A stretch of 64,000 nt of DNA from an uncultured Clostridium sp. (GTDB lineage Bacteria; Bacillota; Clostridia; TANB77; CAG-508), in NCBI GenBank assembly GCA_930989765.1, contig CAKNNA010000001.1:33210-97209 (forward strand). Reading direction: 5' to 3'. The notes under the pieces were generated by a model. It worked only from the letters and a program-made list of their open reading frames with translations. It did no database searches and had not been told where the DNA came from. Both the position numbers and the translations under genes were made by a program. Below, piece by piece: positions 11,279-21,416 of the stretch (positions within the stretch are counted from its first letter, which is position 1; every line of letters begins with the position of its first letter).

Positions 11279-12601
11279 ATGAAGAAAAAATATATTATCA
11301 GCTTTTTATTTGTGCTTGCAATGATACTATTTTCAGGAAAAGTATTTGGCTTTACTGTAGTAATAGACCCGGGACATGGAGGAACTGAGTCAGGAGCAGT
11401 AGCACAAGGAGGGGAGCTTGAAAAAGATTTAAATTTAAAAATTGCAAGATATTTACATGATTATTTATCAGAATATGATGTAACAGTCTATATGACACAT
11501 GATGGACTTTCAGGGGGAGAATTAGAAATTTTTGATAGAGCAATTTTTGCAAGGGAGAAAAAAGCAGATTTAGTATTAAGCATACATTTAAATAGTATTG
11601 AAGAAGGAACTGCAAATGGTGCTGAAGTATGGGTAACTGCAAATAAATCATTAGACAAATACAATAAAAATATGACAGAATTTGGAAATAGAGTACTAAG
11701 CAATTTAGGAAAACTTGGAATAGGAAATAGAGGTGTAAAAACAAGCCTAAGAGAAAGTGATTGGTCTGAGGTTTATTCAGATGGAAGCAAAGCTGATTAC
11801 TTTGGAATAATATGTTATTGTATGAGGGGATGTAAAATAGACTTTGGAGTAATTTCACCTGCAGGTGCAGTGCCAGCAAAAGTAGAAGCTGGTGAAGGAG
11901 TACCTGCAGCAATAATAGAACATTGTTTTTTAAGAGGAACAGATTATAAATTTATAGATTCTGATTCAGACTTAAAAAAATTAGCGGAAGCAGATGGAAA
12001 AGCTGTTGTAGAACAATTCGGATTAAAAAAGAAAAAACAAAAAGGAAATACGCCATTTAATGATATATACATAGATGATTGGTATCATGATGCAGTAAAA
12101 TATACATATGAGCATAATTTGATTAAAGGATATAATAATACAACATTTGCACCAGAAGACAATTTAACAAGAGGAATGTTAGTTACAATTCTTCATAGAA
12201 TGGAAGGAGAGCCTTATGTTTCAGGGGTAAGTAAATTTCCAGATGTACAAGATACAGAGGAATATTATTATGTAGCAGTAAAATGGGCAACCCAAAATGG
12301 AATAATACATGGTTATAACAATGGAAACTTTGGACCAGAGGACCCAATTACAAGAGAACAACTTGCAGTAATGCTTGCACACTATACACAATATAAAGGA
12401 AAATATAAAAAGCAAACTGTAAATTTAAATAGTTTTAAAGATGCAAATAAAATATCAAGTAATGCAATAGAGCAAATAACATGGGCAGTAGGAGTAAGAG
12501 TATTAGAAGGAAATAGTAGTAAATATTTAAATCCACAAGGAAACGCAACACGTGCAGATGTAGCAGCTATGCTTTATAAATACTGTACTAGAGTAAAATA
12601 A
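11279..12601 (+). CDS. N-acetylmuramoyl-L-alanine amidase (Amidase_3) with three C-terminal SLH repeats
   Basis: VVIDPGHGGTESGAV...ADLVLSIHLNS...GAEVWV amidase_3 motifs. C-terminal SLH repeats are nearly identical in pattern to those of the 9157-11103 protein. Confidence 0.85.
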   Translation: MKKKYIISFLFVLAMILFSGKVFGFTVVIDPGHGGTESGAVAQGGELEKDLNLKIARYLHDYLSEYDVTVYMTHDGLSGGELEIFDRAIFAREKKADLVLSIHLNSIEEGTANGAEVWVTANKSLDKYNKNMTEFGNRVLSNLGKLGIGNRGVKTSLRESDWSEVYSDGSKADYFGIICYCMRGCKIDFGVISPAGAVPAKVEAGEGVPAAIIEHCFLRGTDYKFIDSDSDLKKLAEADGKAVVEQFGLKKKKQKGNTPFNDIYIDDWYHDAVKYTYEHNLIKGYNNTTFAPEDNLTRGMLVTILHRMEGEPYVSGVSKFPDVQDTEEYYYVAVKWATQNGIIHGYNNGNFGPEDPITREQLAVMLAHYTQYKGKYKKQTVNLNSFKDANKISSNAIEQITWAVGVRVLEGNSSKYLNPQGNATRADVAAMLYKYCTRVK

Positions 12602-12702
12602 TAAGTATAATGATATTAAAAAATAGGACATTTAAATTTTAAATTAAATATTAAATTATAAAGTTTATATACTAATAGCAATTTAAAATTAAGGAGTATA
12701 CT

Positions 12703-13815
12703 ATGGAAAAATATGACTATTTGGTAGTGGGAGTAGGACTATTTGGTGCAATATTTGCCTATGAAGCAAAAAAAAGAGACAAAAAAGTATTAGCTATTGA
12801 AAAAAGAAACCATATAGCTGGAAATATATATACAGAAAAGATTGAGGGAATAAATGTACATAAATATGGAGCACATATATTTCATACAAGCAATAAAAAA
12901 GTATGGGATTATATAAACCAATTTGCAGAATTTAATAGATATACAAATTCACCTGTTGCAAGATATAAAGATGAATTATATAATATGCCATTTAATATGA
13001 ACACATTTCACGAGCTTTTGGGAGTAATAACTCCCAAAGATGCAAAACGAAAAATAGAAGAAGAAAAAAGAAATGCAAATATAAGTGAGCCCAAAAATTT
13101 AGAAGAACAAGCAATAAGTTTAGTTGGAAAAACAATATATGAAAAACTAGTAAAAGGATATACAGAAAAGCAATGGGGCAAAAAAGCAAATGAGCTTCCA
13201 AGTTTTATAATAAAAAGATTACCTGTTAGGTTTACCTATGATAATAATTATTTTAATGATAAATATCAAGGGATACCAATAGGTGGATATACAAAAATTA
13301 TAGAAAAAATGCTAGATGGAATAGAAGTTAAATTAAATTATGACTTTTTTGAACATAGAGAAGAACTAGAAAATAATGCAGAAAAAATAATATTCACAGG
13401 ACCAATAGATAAATATTATAATTATAAATATGGAGAGTTAGAATATAGAAGTTTAAAATTTGAAACAGAAATTTTAGAAGAAGAAAACTACCAAGGAAAT
13501 GCAGTTGTAAACTATACAGAATTTGGAGTCCCATATACTAGGATAATTGAGCATAAACATTTTGAATTTGATACAGAAACTAAAAAAACGGTTATAACAA
13601 AAGAATATCCAGAAAAATGGGAAAAAGGGAAAGAAGAATATTACCCTGTAAATGACGATAAAAATAATGATTTATATAGTAAATATAAAGCTTTAGCAAA
13701 TAATGAAAAAAGAATAGTATTTGGAGGAAGACTAGGTGAATATAAATATTATGATATGGATAAAGTCATAGAAAAAGCTTTAGATATGGTAAATCATGAA
13801 TTTTTACAAGTATAA
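12703..13815 (+). CDS. glf: UDP-galactopyranose mutase
   Basis: YDYLVVGVGLFGAIFAYEA FAD fold, GAHIFHTSNKKVWDYINQF, GGRLGEYKYYDMD; full-length 370 aa. Confidence 0.9.
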   Translation: MEKYDYLVVGVGLFGAIFAYEAKKRDKKVLAIEKRNHIAGNIYTEKIEGINVHKYGAHIFHTSNKKVWDYINQFAEFNRYTNSPVARYKDELYNMPFNMNTFHELLGVITPKDAKRKIEEEKRNANISEPKNLEEQAISLVGKTIYEKLVKGYTEKQWGKKANELPSFIIKRLPVRFTYDNNYFNDKYQGIPIGGYTKIIEKMLDGIEVKLNYDFFEHREELENNAEKIIFTGPIDKYYNYKYGELEYRSLKFETEILEEENYQGNAVVNYTEFGVPYTRIIEHKHFEFDTETKKTVITKEYPEKWEKGKEEYYPVNDDKNNDLYSKYKALANNEKRIVFGGRLGEYKYYDMDKVIEKALDMVNHEFLQV

Positions 13816-13911
13816 AGTAAAAATACTTGCTATAAATTAAACTGAAAAAAATTAATAAAAGTTATAGGTAACCTAAAAACCTAAATATAAATTCAAGGAA
13901 AGCAATATTAC

Positions 13912-16281
13912 ATGAGAAAAAACAAAAAAAGGATTTTACTCATAATTATTGGTTTATTGATATGTATAACAATTCTTGCATTTACAGCAATAGAAGTTAA
14001 TTTTAATCAAAATTCAAAATTGAATAGTAATGTAAAAAACAGTGAAAATGACCAGTTAATAGAAAAGCTAGAAGCAGATTATTTTGAAGATTTATATTCA
14101 GAAGTGCCAGATGAAGGTGAAGATAAAAATAAAGAAGATTTAGAATCTGATAATATCAATGAAAATGAAAATATCATAGAAACTGCAAGTGATTTTCTAG
14201 AAGATAATTTTGAATATAACACTTATACAAATAATAACTCCAATAATTATAGAGAAAATGAAAATGAAAATCAAAATACTAATGTAAATAGCAATGAAAA
14301 TACTAACAATACTGAAAGTAATACAGATTTATATGCTGTAGGTAAAGAAGCAACAAATTTTGAAGAAAAACAAAAAATAAATAAAAATATTGATCAAACA
14401 ATAGTACTGCCTCACATAGATGAAGAAACCGGGGTAAAATATGTTACATATGAAGACTTTGGCGCAAAAAGTGATGAAGACTATGACAACTATGAAAGTT
14501 TTAAACTAACACATGATTATGCAAATAAATATGGGTATGAAGTAAGAGCGATGCAGGATAGTTATCATATATATAAATTAGAAGAATTACAACCAATATT
14601 AATACAAACATCTACAGATTGGGGAAAGGCAGAAATTTTTATTCATGATGAAGATATAAAAAATTTGGAGACAAAAAAATATTCAATATTTTATATAAAT
14701 TATAATGAAGCAATTGTAACTATAAATGACAAAGAAATATTAGAACAGATACAATTAAATAGGCAAACTACCAATATACCTGAATTGCAAGGATATGGTA
14801 ATCGATTATGTATTGCATATAATGAAAACAAAAGGCAGTTTGTTAGAGATGGTGCTGATGCAAATGATGGAAATGTACAGCAAGATGTTTTTAGAATAGA
14901 TAACAATGGAAATATATTAAATGACATACAATGGGATTTTGATGAGATTACATCAATAAAAATGCTTCCTATTCCAGAAGAAACTATTACAATAAAAAAT
15001 GCAAATTTTATAACTGTACTATCAGAAGATGGTCTAGAGTATGAAAATGAATATTTTCAAAGGAATATAAGATGCTATAGAAGTAATGTCATAATAGATA
15101 ATATTAATCATAGCGTAAGCAATAAAGATATTGTAGGTGGAGCATATTATGGATTTATAAGAATATCTACAGCATGCGAAGTAAAGATAACTAATTGCGA
15201 ATTATATAGCCATAAATATAAATCATATTCTACTTATGATTTATTATTAGAATATAACACAAATGTACTAATAAAAGGTGTAGTGTCAAATGATATATAT
15301 GATAATAATAGATGGGGAATTACAGGAATGAATTATACAAAAGATATAACATATGAAAATTGTGTATTAAATAGAATTGATGCACATTGTGGAGTTCATA
15401 ATTTAAATATTTATAATTGTGAAGTTGGAATAAAAGGTATAATTCTTGTGGGAAGTGGAGAATTAAACATTAAAAATACATCGGCAGTTTCAGACATGGG
15501 ATTTATTATTCTACGTTCGGATTATGGAAGTACTTGGAATGGAAATATCAATATCGAGAATTGTACATATAACCCAACTATGGCAGAAACTATAGTTGCA
15601 TTTGGAATATATTATGAGCAAAATACTGATGTACATGATTTTGGCTATGATTTATGCTTACCTAATATAAATATTAATGGTATAAAAATTAATGAAATAG
15701 ACAATAGCAAAAGAAAAAATGAGCTATATGTGTATTATTGTGAAGAATATATTAATGATGTAAACAATGAAAAATTAATAGCAACATACAATTTGCCAGA
15801 TAAAGCATATATATATAATTGTAATATGTCATTACTTCGAACAATAAAAGTGTTTTATACTGAGAAAAATTTGGCTACAGAAATTATTATAGATAATTCA
15901 GATAATTATAAGTTAGATAATAATGTGATAACAAATATAAATGCAGGAATGACTATAGAGCAATTAAAGCGAGATTTAAATTTAGGAATAAAGTATGAAG
16001 TACTAAGACAAGGGAAAATATTACAAGAAAACGAACTAATAGCAACAAGCGATACGGTTATTTGTGAAAATGAAGAGTTGTATTTGCTAATTGTAAAAGG
16101 TGATTTGAATTCTGATGGATTAGTGAATCTTATTGATTTGGTTAAAATGAAAAGATATATTGTTGGATTTGAAAAATTAGAACAAGAATATATAAAGGCT
16201 GCTGATATTAATTTAGATGAAGGCGATATAAATCTAATAGATTTAATTGCTATTAAGAATATAATAGCGGAAATCATATAG
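13912..16281 (+). CDS. Membrane-anchored/secreted protein with Asn/Glu-rich linker, predicted right-handed beta-helix region and C-terminal dockerin
   Basis: N-terminal hydrophobic anchor. Repeated short beta-strand units with N/C ladders (VIIDNINHS, VKITNCELYSH, ITYENCVLNRIDAHCG, LNIYNCEVG, LNIKNTS). C-terminal GDLNSDGLVNLIDLVKMKRYIVG...ADINLDEGDINLIDLIAIKNII is a duplicated Ca-binding dockerin. Confidence 0.6.
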   Translation: MRKNKKRILLIIIGLLICITILAFTAIEVNFNQNSKLNSNVKNSENDQLIEKLEADYFEDLYSEVPDEGEDKNKEDLESDNINENENIIETASDFLEDNFEYNTYTNNNSNNYRENENENQNTNVNSNENTNNTESNTDLYAVGKEATNFEEKQKINKNIDQTIVLPHIDEETGVKYVTYEDFGAKSDEDYDNYESFKLTHDYANKYGYEVRAMQDSYHIYKLEELQPILIQTSTDWGKAEIFIHDEDIKNLETKKYSIFYINYNEAIVTINDKEILEQIQLNRQTTNIPELQGYGNRLCIAYNENKRQFVRDGADANDGNVQQDVFRIDNNGNILNDIQWDFDEITSIKMLPIPEETITIKNANFITVLSEDGLEYENEYFQRNIRCYRSNVIIDNINHSVSNKDIVGGAYYGFIRISTACEVKITNCELYSHKYKSYSTYDLLLEYNTNVLIKGVVSNDIYDNNRWGITGMNYTKDITYENCVLNRIDAHCGVHNLNIYNCEVGIKGIILVGSGELNIKNTSAVSDMGFIILRSDYGSTWNGNINIENCTYNPTMAETIVAFGIYYEQNTDVHDFGYDLCLPNININGIKINEIDNSKRKNELYVYYCEEYINDVNNEKLIATYNLPDKAYIYNCNMSLLRTIKVFYTEKNLATEIIIDNSDNYKLDNNVITNINAGMTIEQLKRDLNLGIKYEVLRQGKILQENELIATSDTVICENEELYLLIVKGDLNSDGLVNLIDLVKMKRYIVGFEKLEQEYIKAADINLDEGDINLIDLIAIKNIIAEII

Positions 16282-16495
16282 CAATGATTTGATTGTAAAT
16301 CTATTTTACACTAAACAATTTAGTAAATGTATTAAAGTTACCTTATACATTTACTAAATCAAAAAACAGTTACAATTCATAGCCCAAAATAAATAGAAAT
16401 ATACTGTAATATATATAATTGTAAATAAAATTTGACACAAAAAAATAAACATACTTTTTAAAAAAATTAGAGCATTAAAAAATTTTAAAAATTCA

Positions 16496-16525
16496 TGGAC
16501 AATATAGAATGTAGTGTGATATAAT
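16496..16525 (+). promoter_or_regulatory. Candidate sigma-A promoter (TGGACA -35, extended -10 TGATATAAT) for the second glycan operon
   Basis: TGGACA at 16496-16501, 18 nt spacer, TG-n-TATAAT at 16517-16525; followed by an AGTGTC...GACACT hairpin at 16543-16561. Confidence 0.35.
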
Positions 16526-16620
16526 TAACGAAAGTGTCAAAAAGTGTCATTTTTCGACACTTGATTAATAAAAATAAATGTGATAAACTAAACATAAAAG
16601 TTTTAAAGGGGGGAGACTTT

Positions 16621-17262
16621 ATGTATCGTGTAATAAAAAGAATAATAGATTGTATATTAGCTATTATCATTTTAATAATTTTTGCTATTCCAATGTTAAT
16701 TATAGCAATCGCCATTAAATTTGAAGATGGTGGACCTATTATTTATAAATCTAAGAGAGTTGGCAAAAAACTAAAAAAATTTAATGTCTACAAATTTAGG
16801 TCGATGAAAATTGAAAGAGAGGAATTAAAAAGTAATTTATCTCACGAGCAAATGGTGACTAAAGTAGGAAAATTCATAAGAAAGACAAGCTTAGATGAAT
16901 TGCCGCAATTATTTAATATCTTAAAAGGTGAAATGAGTTTTATAGGACCAAGACCTTGGATTCCAGAATATTATGAATGGTTTACTGATGAACAAAAGAA
17001 AAGAGCAGATGTTTTACCAGGAATTTCAGGCCTGGCACAAGTTAAGGGGAGAAATGGTATAAACATATTTAGAAAAATTGATTATGATTTAATATATGTA
17101 CATAATATTAGTTTTAAGTTTGATGTAAAAATAGTGCTAGAAACAATAAAAACTGTTTTTTCAAAAGCAGATGCAGAAATATCTGAAGTAGGTATTAAGC
17201 AAGAAATAAATGAATTAAAAGTTCAAAAGCAAAATAATAAAATTTATAAAGAAGTAGGATAG
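16621..17262 (+). CDS. Small monotopic initiating phosphoglycosyl transferase (bacterial sugar transferase family, PglC/WbpL-context type)
   Basis: MYRVIKRIIDCILAIIILIIFAIPMLIIAIAIKFEDGGPIIYKSKRVGKK...YKFRSM...DELPQLFNILKGEMSFIGPRP; GGGGGGA Shine-Dalgarno before the ATG at 16621 (the ORF-track start 16534 is probably too long). Confidence 0.85.
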   Translation: MYRVIKRIIDCILAIIILIIFAIPMLIIAIAIKFEDGGPIIYKSKRVGKKLKKFNVYKFRSMKIEREELKSNLSHEQMVTKVGKFIRKTSLDELPQLFNILKGEMSFIGPRPWIPEYYEWFTDEQKKRADVLPGISGLAQVKGRNGINIFRKIDYDLIYVHNISFKFDVKIVLETIKTVFSKADAEISEVGIKQEINELKVQKQNNKIYKEVG

Positions 17263-17273
17263 GGGGAAATAAA

Positions 17274-18353
17274 ATGAAATATGCATTAATAGGGTGTGGA
17301 AGAATATCACCAAATCACTTAGCAGCAGCAATAAAAAATAATTTAGAAATTGTAGCTGTTTGTGATATTATACCAGAACATATGGAGAATTTATTAAGTA
17401 AATTTAAAATAGATAATTCAAACATAAAAAGATATACAGATTATAAGGAAATGCTAAAAAAAGAACAGCCCCAATTAGTTGCGATTGCAACTGAAAGTGG
17501 AAAGCATGCAGAAATTGCAATAAATTGTTTAGAATTAGGAGCAAATGTCATTATAGAAAAACCAATTGCTTTATCTTTGGAGGATGCTGACAAGATAATA
17601 AACAAAGCAAAAGAAAAAAATCTTATAGTATGTGCAAACCATCAAAATAGATTTAATAAGTCAATTCAAAAAATAAGACAAGCAGTAGAAGAAGGAAAAT
17701 TTGGTAAAATAATGTATGGAACAGCTCATATAAGGTGGAATAGAGGCAAAAGCTATTATGAGCAAGCTCCTTGGAGAGGAACTTGGGAACAAGATGGCGG
17801 AGCATTAATGAATCAATGTATACACAATATCGATCTATTAAGATGGATGCTAGGTGATGAAATAGAAGAAGTATGTGCTTATACAGATAATCTAAACCAT
17901 CCATATATCCAAGCTGAGGATTTAGGATTAGCAATCTTAAGATTTAAAAATGGAGCATATGGAATTATAGAAGGAACAACAGATATATATCCTAGTAACT
18001 TAGAAGAAACATTATATATATTTGGCAAGACAGGTACTGCAAAAGCTGGAGGAAAATCAGTTAATATATTAGAAGAATGGAAATTTGAAAACGAATTAGA
18101 AGATGAAGAAAAAATAAAAAGTGAAAATAGTGAAGTACCAGAAAATATATATGGTTTTGGACACAATCCATTATATAGAGATGTTATTTCAGCAATTGAA
18201 ACAAACAAAAAACCATTAGTTGATGGCGAAGCAGGAAGAAGAGCGTTAGAATTAGTATTAGCAATATATAAATCAGCAGCAGAAAGAAAACCAATTAAAC
18301 TACCTTTGGATAAATGTTCTACCATGGACTTTTTTGGAAGATTTGATAAATAA
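17274..18353 (+). CDS. Gfo/Idh/MocA oxidoreductase, WbpB-like (UDP-GlcNAcA 3-dehydrogenase candidate)
   Basis: MKYALIGCGRISPNH Rossmann N-terminus, EKP motif, operon context with the WbpA/E/D/I-like genes. Confidence 0.7.
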   Translation: MKYALIGCGRISPNHLAAAIKNNLEIVAVCDIIPEHMENLLSKFKIDNSNIKRYTDYKEMLKKEQPQLVAIATESGKHAEIAINCLELGANVIIEKPIALSLEDADKIINKAKEKNLIVCANHQNRFNKSIQKIRQAVEEGKFGKIMYGTAHIRWNRGKSYYEQAPWRGTWEQDGGALMNQCIHNIDLLRWMLGDEIEEVCAYTDNLNHPYIQAEDLGLAILRFKNGAYGIIEGTTDIYPSNLEETLYIFGKTGTAKAGGKSVNILEEWKFENELEDEEKIKSENSEVPENIYGFGHNPLYRDVISAIETNKKPLVDGEAGRRALELVLAIYKSAAERKPIKLPLDKCSTMDFFGRFDK

Positions 18354-18374
18354 GCAGGAGGAAGGAAGAAAAAA

Positions 18375-19517
18375 ATGGAATTCATAGATTTAAAAACACA
18401 ATATAAAAAATTACAAAATGAAATACAAGAAAATATTAACAAAGTTTTATTAGATGGTAATTATATATTAGGTGAAGAAGTAAAAAAATTAGAAAAAGAA
18501 TTAGCAGAATATGTTGGAGTAAAATATTGTGCTACATGTTCAAATGGTACAGATGCTTTATCAATAGCCTTAATGTCTATTGAAGCAAATGAAGGTGATG
18601 CAATTTTTGTTCCAACTTTTACTTTTTATTCTACGGCAGAAGTAGTATCTTTATGTGGTGCTACACCAATTTTTGTTGATTCATATGAAGATTCTTTTAA
18701 TATGGATGCAGAAAAATTAGAAAAAGCAATAAAAAAAGTAATTGATGAAAAGAAATACACACCTAAAGCAATTATTGCAGTTGATTTATTTGGACAACCT
18801 GCAAACTATGACAAGATAAAAGCTATAGCAACAAAATATAATTTATTTTTAATCGAAGATGGAGCACAAGGATTTGGGGGAAGTATAAGAGAAAAAAAGG
18901 CATGTTCTTTTGGTGACATATCTACAACCTCATTTTTTCCTGCAAAACCCTTAGGTTGTTATGGAGATGGAGGAGCAATTTTTACTGATGATGAAGAATT
19001 ATATAAACTAATTTTATCAATTCGTGTTCATGGTAAAGGTAGCTTTAAGTATGATAATGTAAGATTAGGATTAAATTCAAGATTAGATACAATACAAGCA
19101 GCAATATTATTGCCAAAATTGCAAGCATTTAAAGAGTATGAGTTGGATGATAGAAATAAGTTTGCAAAATTATACGAAAGTAAGCTTCAAAAGTATGTAA
19201 AGACACCTTATGTCCCAGAAGAATATATAAGTAGCTGGGCACAATATACAATTTTATTAAATAACCTTGAAGAAAGAGATTATGTTCAAGGTAAAATGAA
19301 GGAAAAAGGGATACCAACAATGGTATATTATCCAAAGCCATTACATAAACAAACTGTATATAAAGATTATAATTATAATTTAGAAGATCTAAAAATATCT
19401 GAAAAAATATCAGAAAGAGTATTAAGTTTACCAATGCACCCATATCTTACAGAAGAAACGGTAAATTATATTTGTAATAATTTGATTGATATAATTAAGG
19501 AGTATAGACATGAATGA
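18375..19517 (+). CDS. DegT/DnrJ/EryC1 PLP-dependent aminotransferase, WbpE-like
   Basis: CSNGTDAL, EDGAQGFGG, SFFPAKPLGCYGDGGAIFT (PLP lysine region) motifs. Confidence 0.8.
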   Translation: MEFIDLKTQYKKLQNEIQENINKVLLDGNYILGEEVKKLEKELAEYVGVKYCATCSNGTDALSIALMSIEANEGDAIFVPTFTFYSTAEVVSLCGATPIFVDSYEDSFNMDAEKLEKAIKKVIDEKKYTPKAIIAVDLFGQPANYDKIKAIATKYNLFLIEDGAQGFGGSIREKKACSFGDISTTSFFPAKPLGCYGDGGAIFTDDEELYKLILSIRVHGKGSFKYDNVRLGLNSRLDTIQAAILLPKLQAFKEYELDDRNKFAKLYESKLQKYVKTPYVPEEYISSWAQYTILLNNLEERDYVQGKMKEKGIPTMVYYPKPLHKQTVYKDYNYNLEDLKISEKISERVLSLPMHPYLTEETVNYICNNLIDIIKEYRHE

Positions 19518-20091
19518 AGATAAAAAATATTATGTACATCCATCTAGTTATATAGATGAACCATACTCAATTGGAGAAAATACGAAAATATGGCATTTTT
19601 CACATATTATGGCTAATAGCAAAATAGGTAAAAATTGCAATATAGGACAAAATGTAGTAATATCTCCAGATGTAATTATAGGAAATAATGTAAAAATACA
19701 AAATAATGTATCAGTATATACAGGAGTTATATGTGAAGACGATGTATTTTTAGGACCATCTTGTGTATTCACAAATGTCGTTAACCCAAGAAGTTTTATT
19801 AGCAGAAAAAATGAATATAGAAAAACAGTAATACATAAAGGTGCTACAATAGGTGCAAATGCAACAATTGTATGTGGACATGATATTGGTAAATATGCAT
19901 TTATTGGAGCAGGAAGTGTAGTAACTAAAAATGTACCAGATTATGCACTAATGGTTGGAAATCCAGCTAGATTATTATATTATGTATGTGAGTGTTCACA
20001 AAAAATGATTTTTAAAAATGGTATATTCAAATGCCCAGTATGTGGAAAAGAATATATATATGAAGACAATATTGTAAAGGAGAGAATATAA
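19510..20091 (+). CDS. Left-handed beta-helix N-acetyltransferase, WbpD-like, with C-terminal Cys-rich (CxC...CPVC) tail
   Basis: Hexapeptide repeats IGKNCNIGQNVVISPDVIIGNNVKIQNNVSV; overlaps the aminotransferase stop by 8 nt. Confidence 0.7.
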   Translation: MNEDKKYYVHPSSYIDEPYSIGENTKIWHFSHIMANSKIGKNCNIGQNVVISPDVIIGNNVKIQNNVSVYTGVICEDDVFLGPSCVFTNVVNPRSFISRKNEYRKTVIHKGATIGANATIVCGHDIGKYAFIGAGSVVTKNVPDYALMVGNPARLLYYVCECSQKMIFKNGIFKCPVCGKEYIYEDNIVKERI

Positions 20092-21405
20092 ATGAAAGAA
20101 GAATTATTAAAGAAAATTGAAAATAGAGAAATAGTAGTAGGGGTAGTAGGTTTAGGATATGTTGGTCTACCTTTAGCAGTAGAAAAAGCAAAAGCAGGAT
20201 TTAAAACAATAGGATTTGATGTACAAGAAGAAAAAGTAAAACTTGTAAATGAAGGACACAACTATATTGGAGATGTAGTAGATAAAGATTTAAAAGAGAT
20301 TGTAGAAAAGGGAATGCTAAGAGCAACAACAGATTTTACATTTATAAAAGATGTTGATTTTATAGCAATATGTGTGCCAACACCTTTAGATGAACATCAA
20401 CAACCAGATATTAGTTATGTAAAAAACAGTGCAATTGCAATTTCTGAGCATTTAAAGAAAAATACTATGGTAGTGCTAGAGTCAACTACATATCCAGGAA
20501 CAACAGAAGAACTAATTAAACCAATATTAGAAGAAGGATCTGGACTAAAATGTGGAGAAGATTTTTATTTAGGATTTTCACCAGAAAGAGTAGATCCAGG
20601 AAATTTATTATATAAAACTAAAAACACTCCAAAAGTTGTTGGAGCAATTGGTAAAGATGCTACAGAAGTAATAGCAACAATGTATAGAGCAGTACTTGGA
20701 GCTGATATTTATGAAGTTTCATCACCAGCTGTTGCAGAAATGGAGAAAATATTAGAAAATACATATAGAAATATAAATATAGGTTTAGTAAATGAATTAA
20801 CAATGCTATGTAACAAAATGGAAATTAGCATGTGGGAAGTAGTAGATGCTGCAAAAACAAAACCATATGGATTCCAAGCATTTTATCCAGGACCAGGATT
20901 AGGTGGACATTGTATACCATTAGATCCTTATTACTTAGATTGGAAAGCAAGAGAATATGGTTTCCATACATCTATGATTGAAGCCTCTGGAATGATAAAT
21001 GACAGAATGCCAGAATATTGTGTTGAAAGAGCAGAAAAAATCCTTGGAAAATTCTATAAATCATTAAATCATTCAAAAATTTTAGTATTAGGTGTTGCAT
21101 ATAAAAATGATATAGATGACTATAGAGAAAGCCCAGCTTTAAGAGTAATAGAAGTATTACAAAAAGAAGGAGCATTTGTTGATTTTTATGATCCTTGGAT
21201 TCCTGAATATAAATATAAAGGAGAAAAACATAAAGGAATTGAAAAAATAGATGAATCAATCATACAAGGATATGACTTAGTAATCATAACAGCTGCACAT
21301 AGCAAATTTGATTATGAAATGATTCAAACAAATGCTAAATTTGTGTTTGATACAAGAAATGCAATGAAAAATATAAAAAATAGAGAAAATATAGAACTTT
21401 TATAA
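20092..21405 (+). CDS. UDP-N-acetyl-hexosamine 6-dehydrogenase (WbpA/WecC-like nucleotide-sugar dehydrogenase)
   Basis: VVGLGYVGLPLAV NAD fold, GFSPERVDPGN, GPGLGGHCIPLDP catalytic Cys motif. Confidence 0.8.
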   Translation: MKEELLKKIENREIVVGVVGLGYVGLPLAVEKAKAGFKTIGFDVQEEKVKLVNEGHNYIGDVVDKDLKEIVEKGMLRATTDFTFIKDVDFIAICVPTPLDEHQQPDISYVKNSAIAISEHLKKNTMVVLESTTYPGTTEELIKPILEEGSGLKCGEDFYLGFSPERVDPGNLLYKTKNTPKVVGAIGKDATEVIATMYRAVLGADIYEVSSPAVAEMEKILENTYRNINIGLVNELTMLCNKMEISMWEVVDAAKTKPYGFQAFYPGPGLGGHCIPLDPYYLDWKAREYGFHTSMIEASGMINDRMPEYCVERAEKILGKFYKSLNHSKILVLGVAYKNDIDDYRESPALRVIEVLQKEGAFVDFYDPWIPEYKYKGEKHKGIEKIDESIIQGYDLVIITAAHSKFDYEMIQTNAKFVFDTRNAMKNIKNRENIELL

Positions 21406-21416
21406 AAGGTGAAAAA

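Noticed and set aside
14150-14340. Repetitive AAT/GAA-rich stretch that at first glance resembles a tandem repeat or array
   Set aside because: It is in frame within 13912-16281 and encodes an Asn/Glu-rich low-complexity linker (NENENQNTNVNSNENTNN). There is no unit periodicity or spacer structure.
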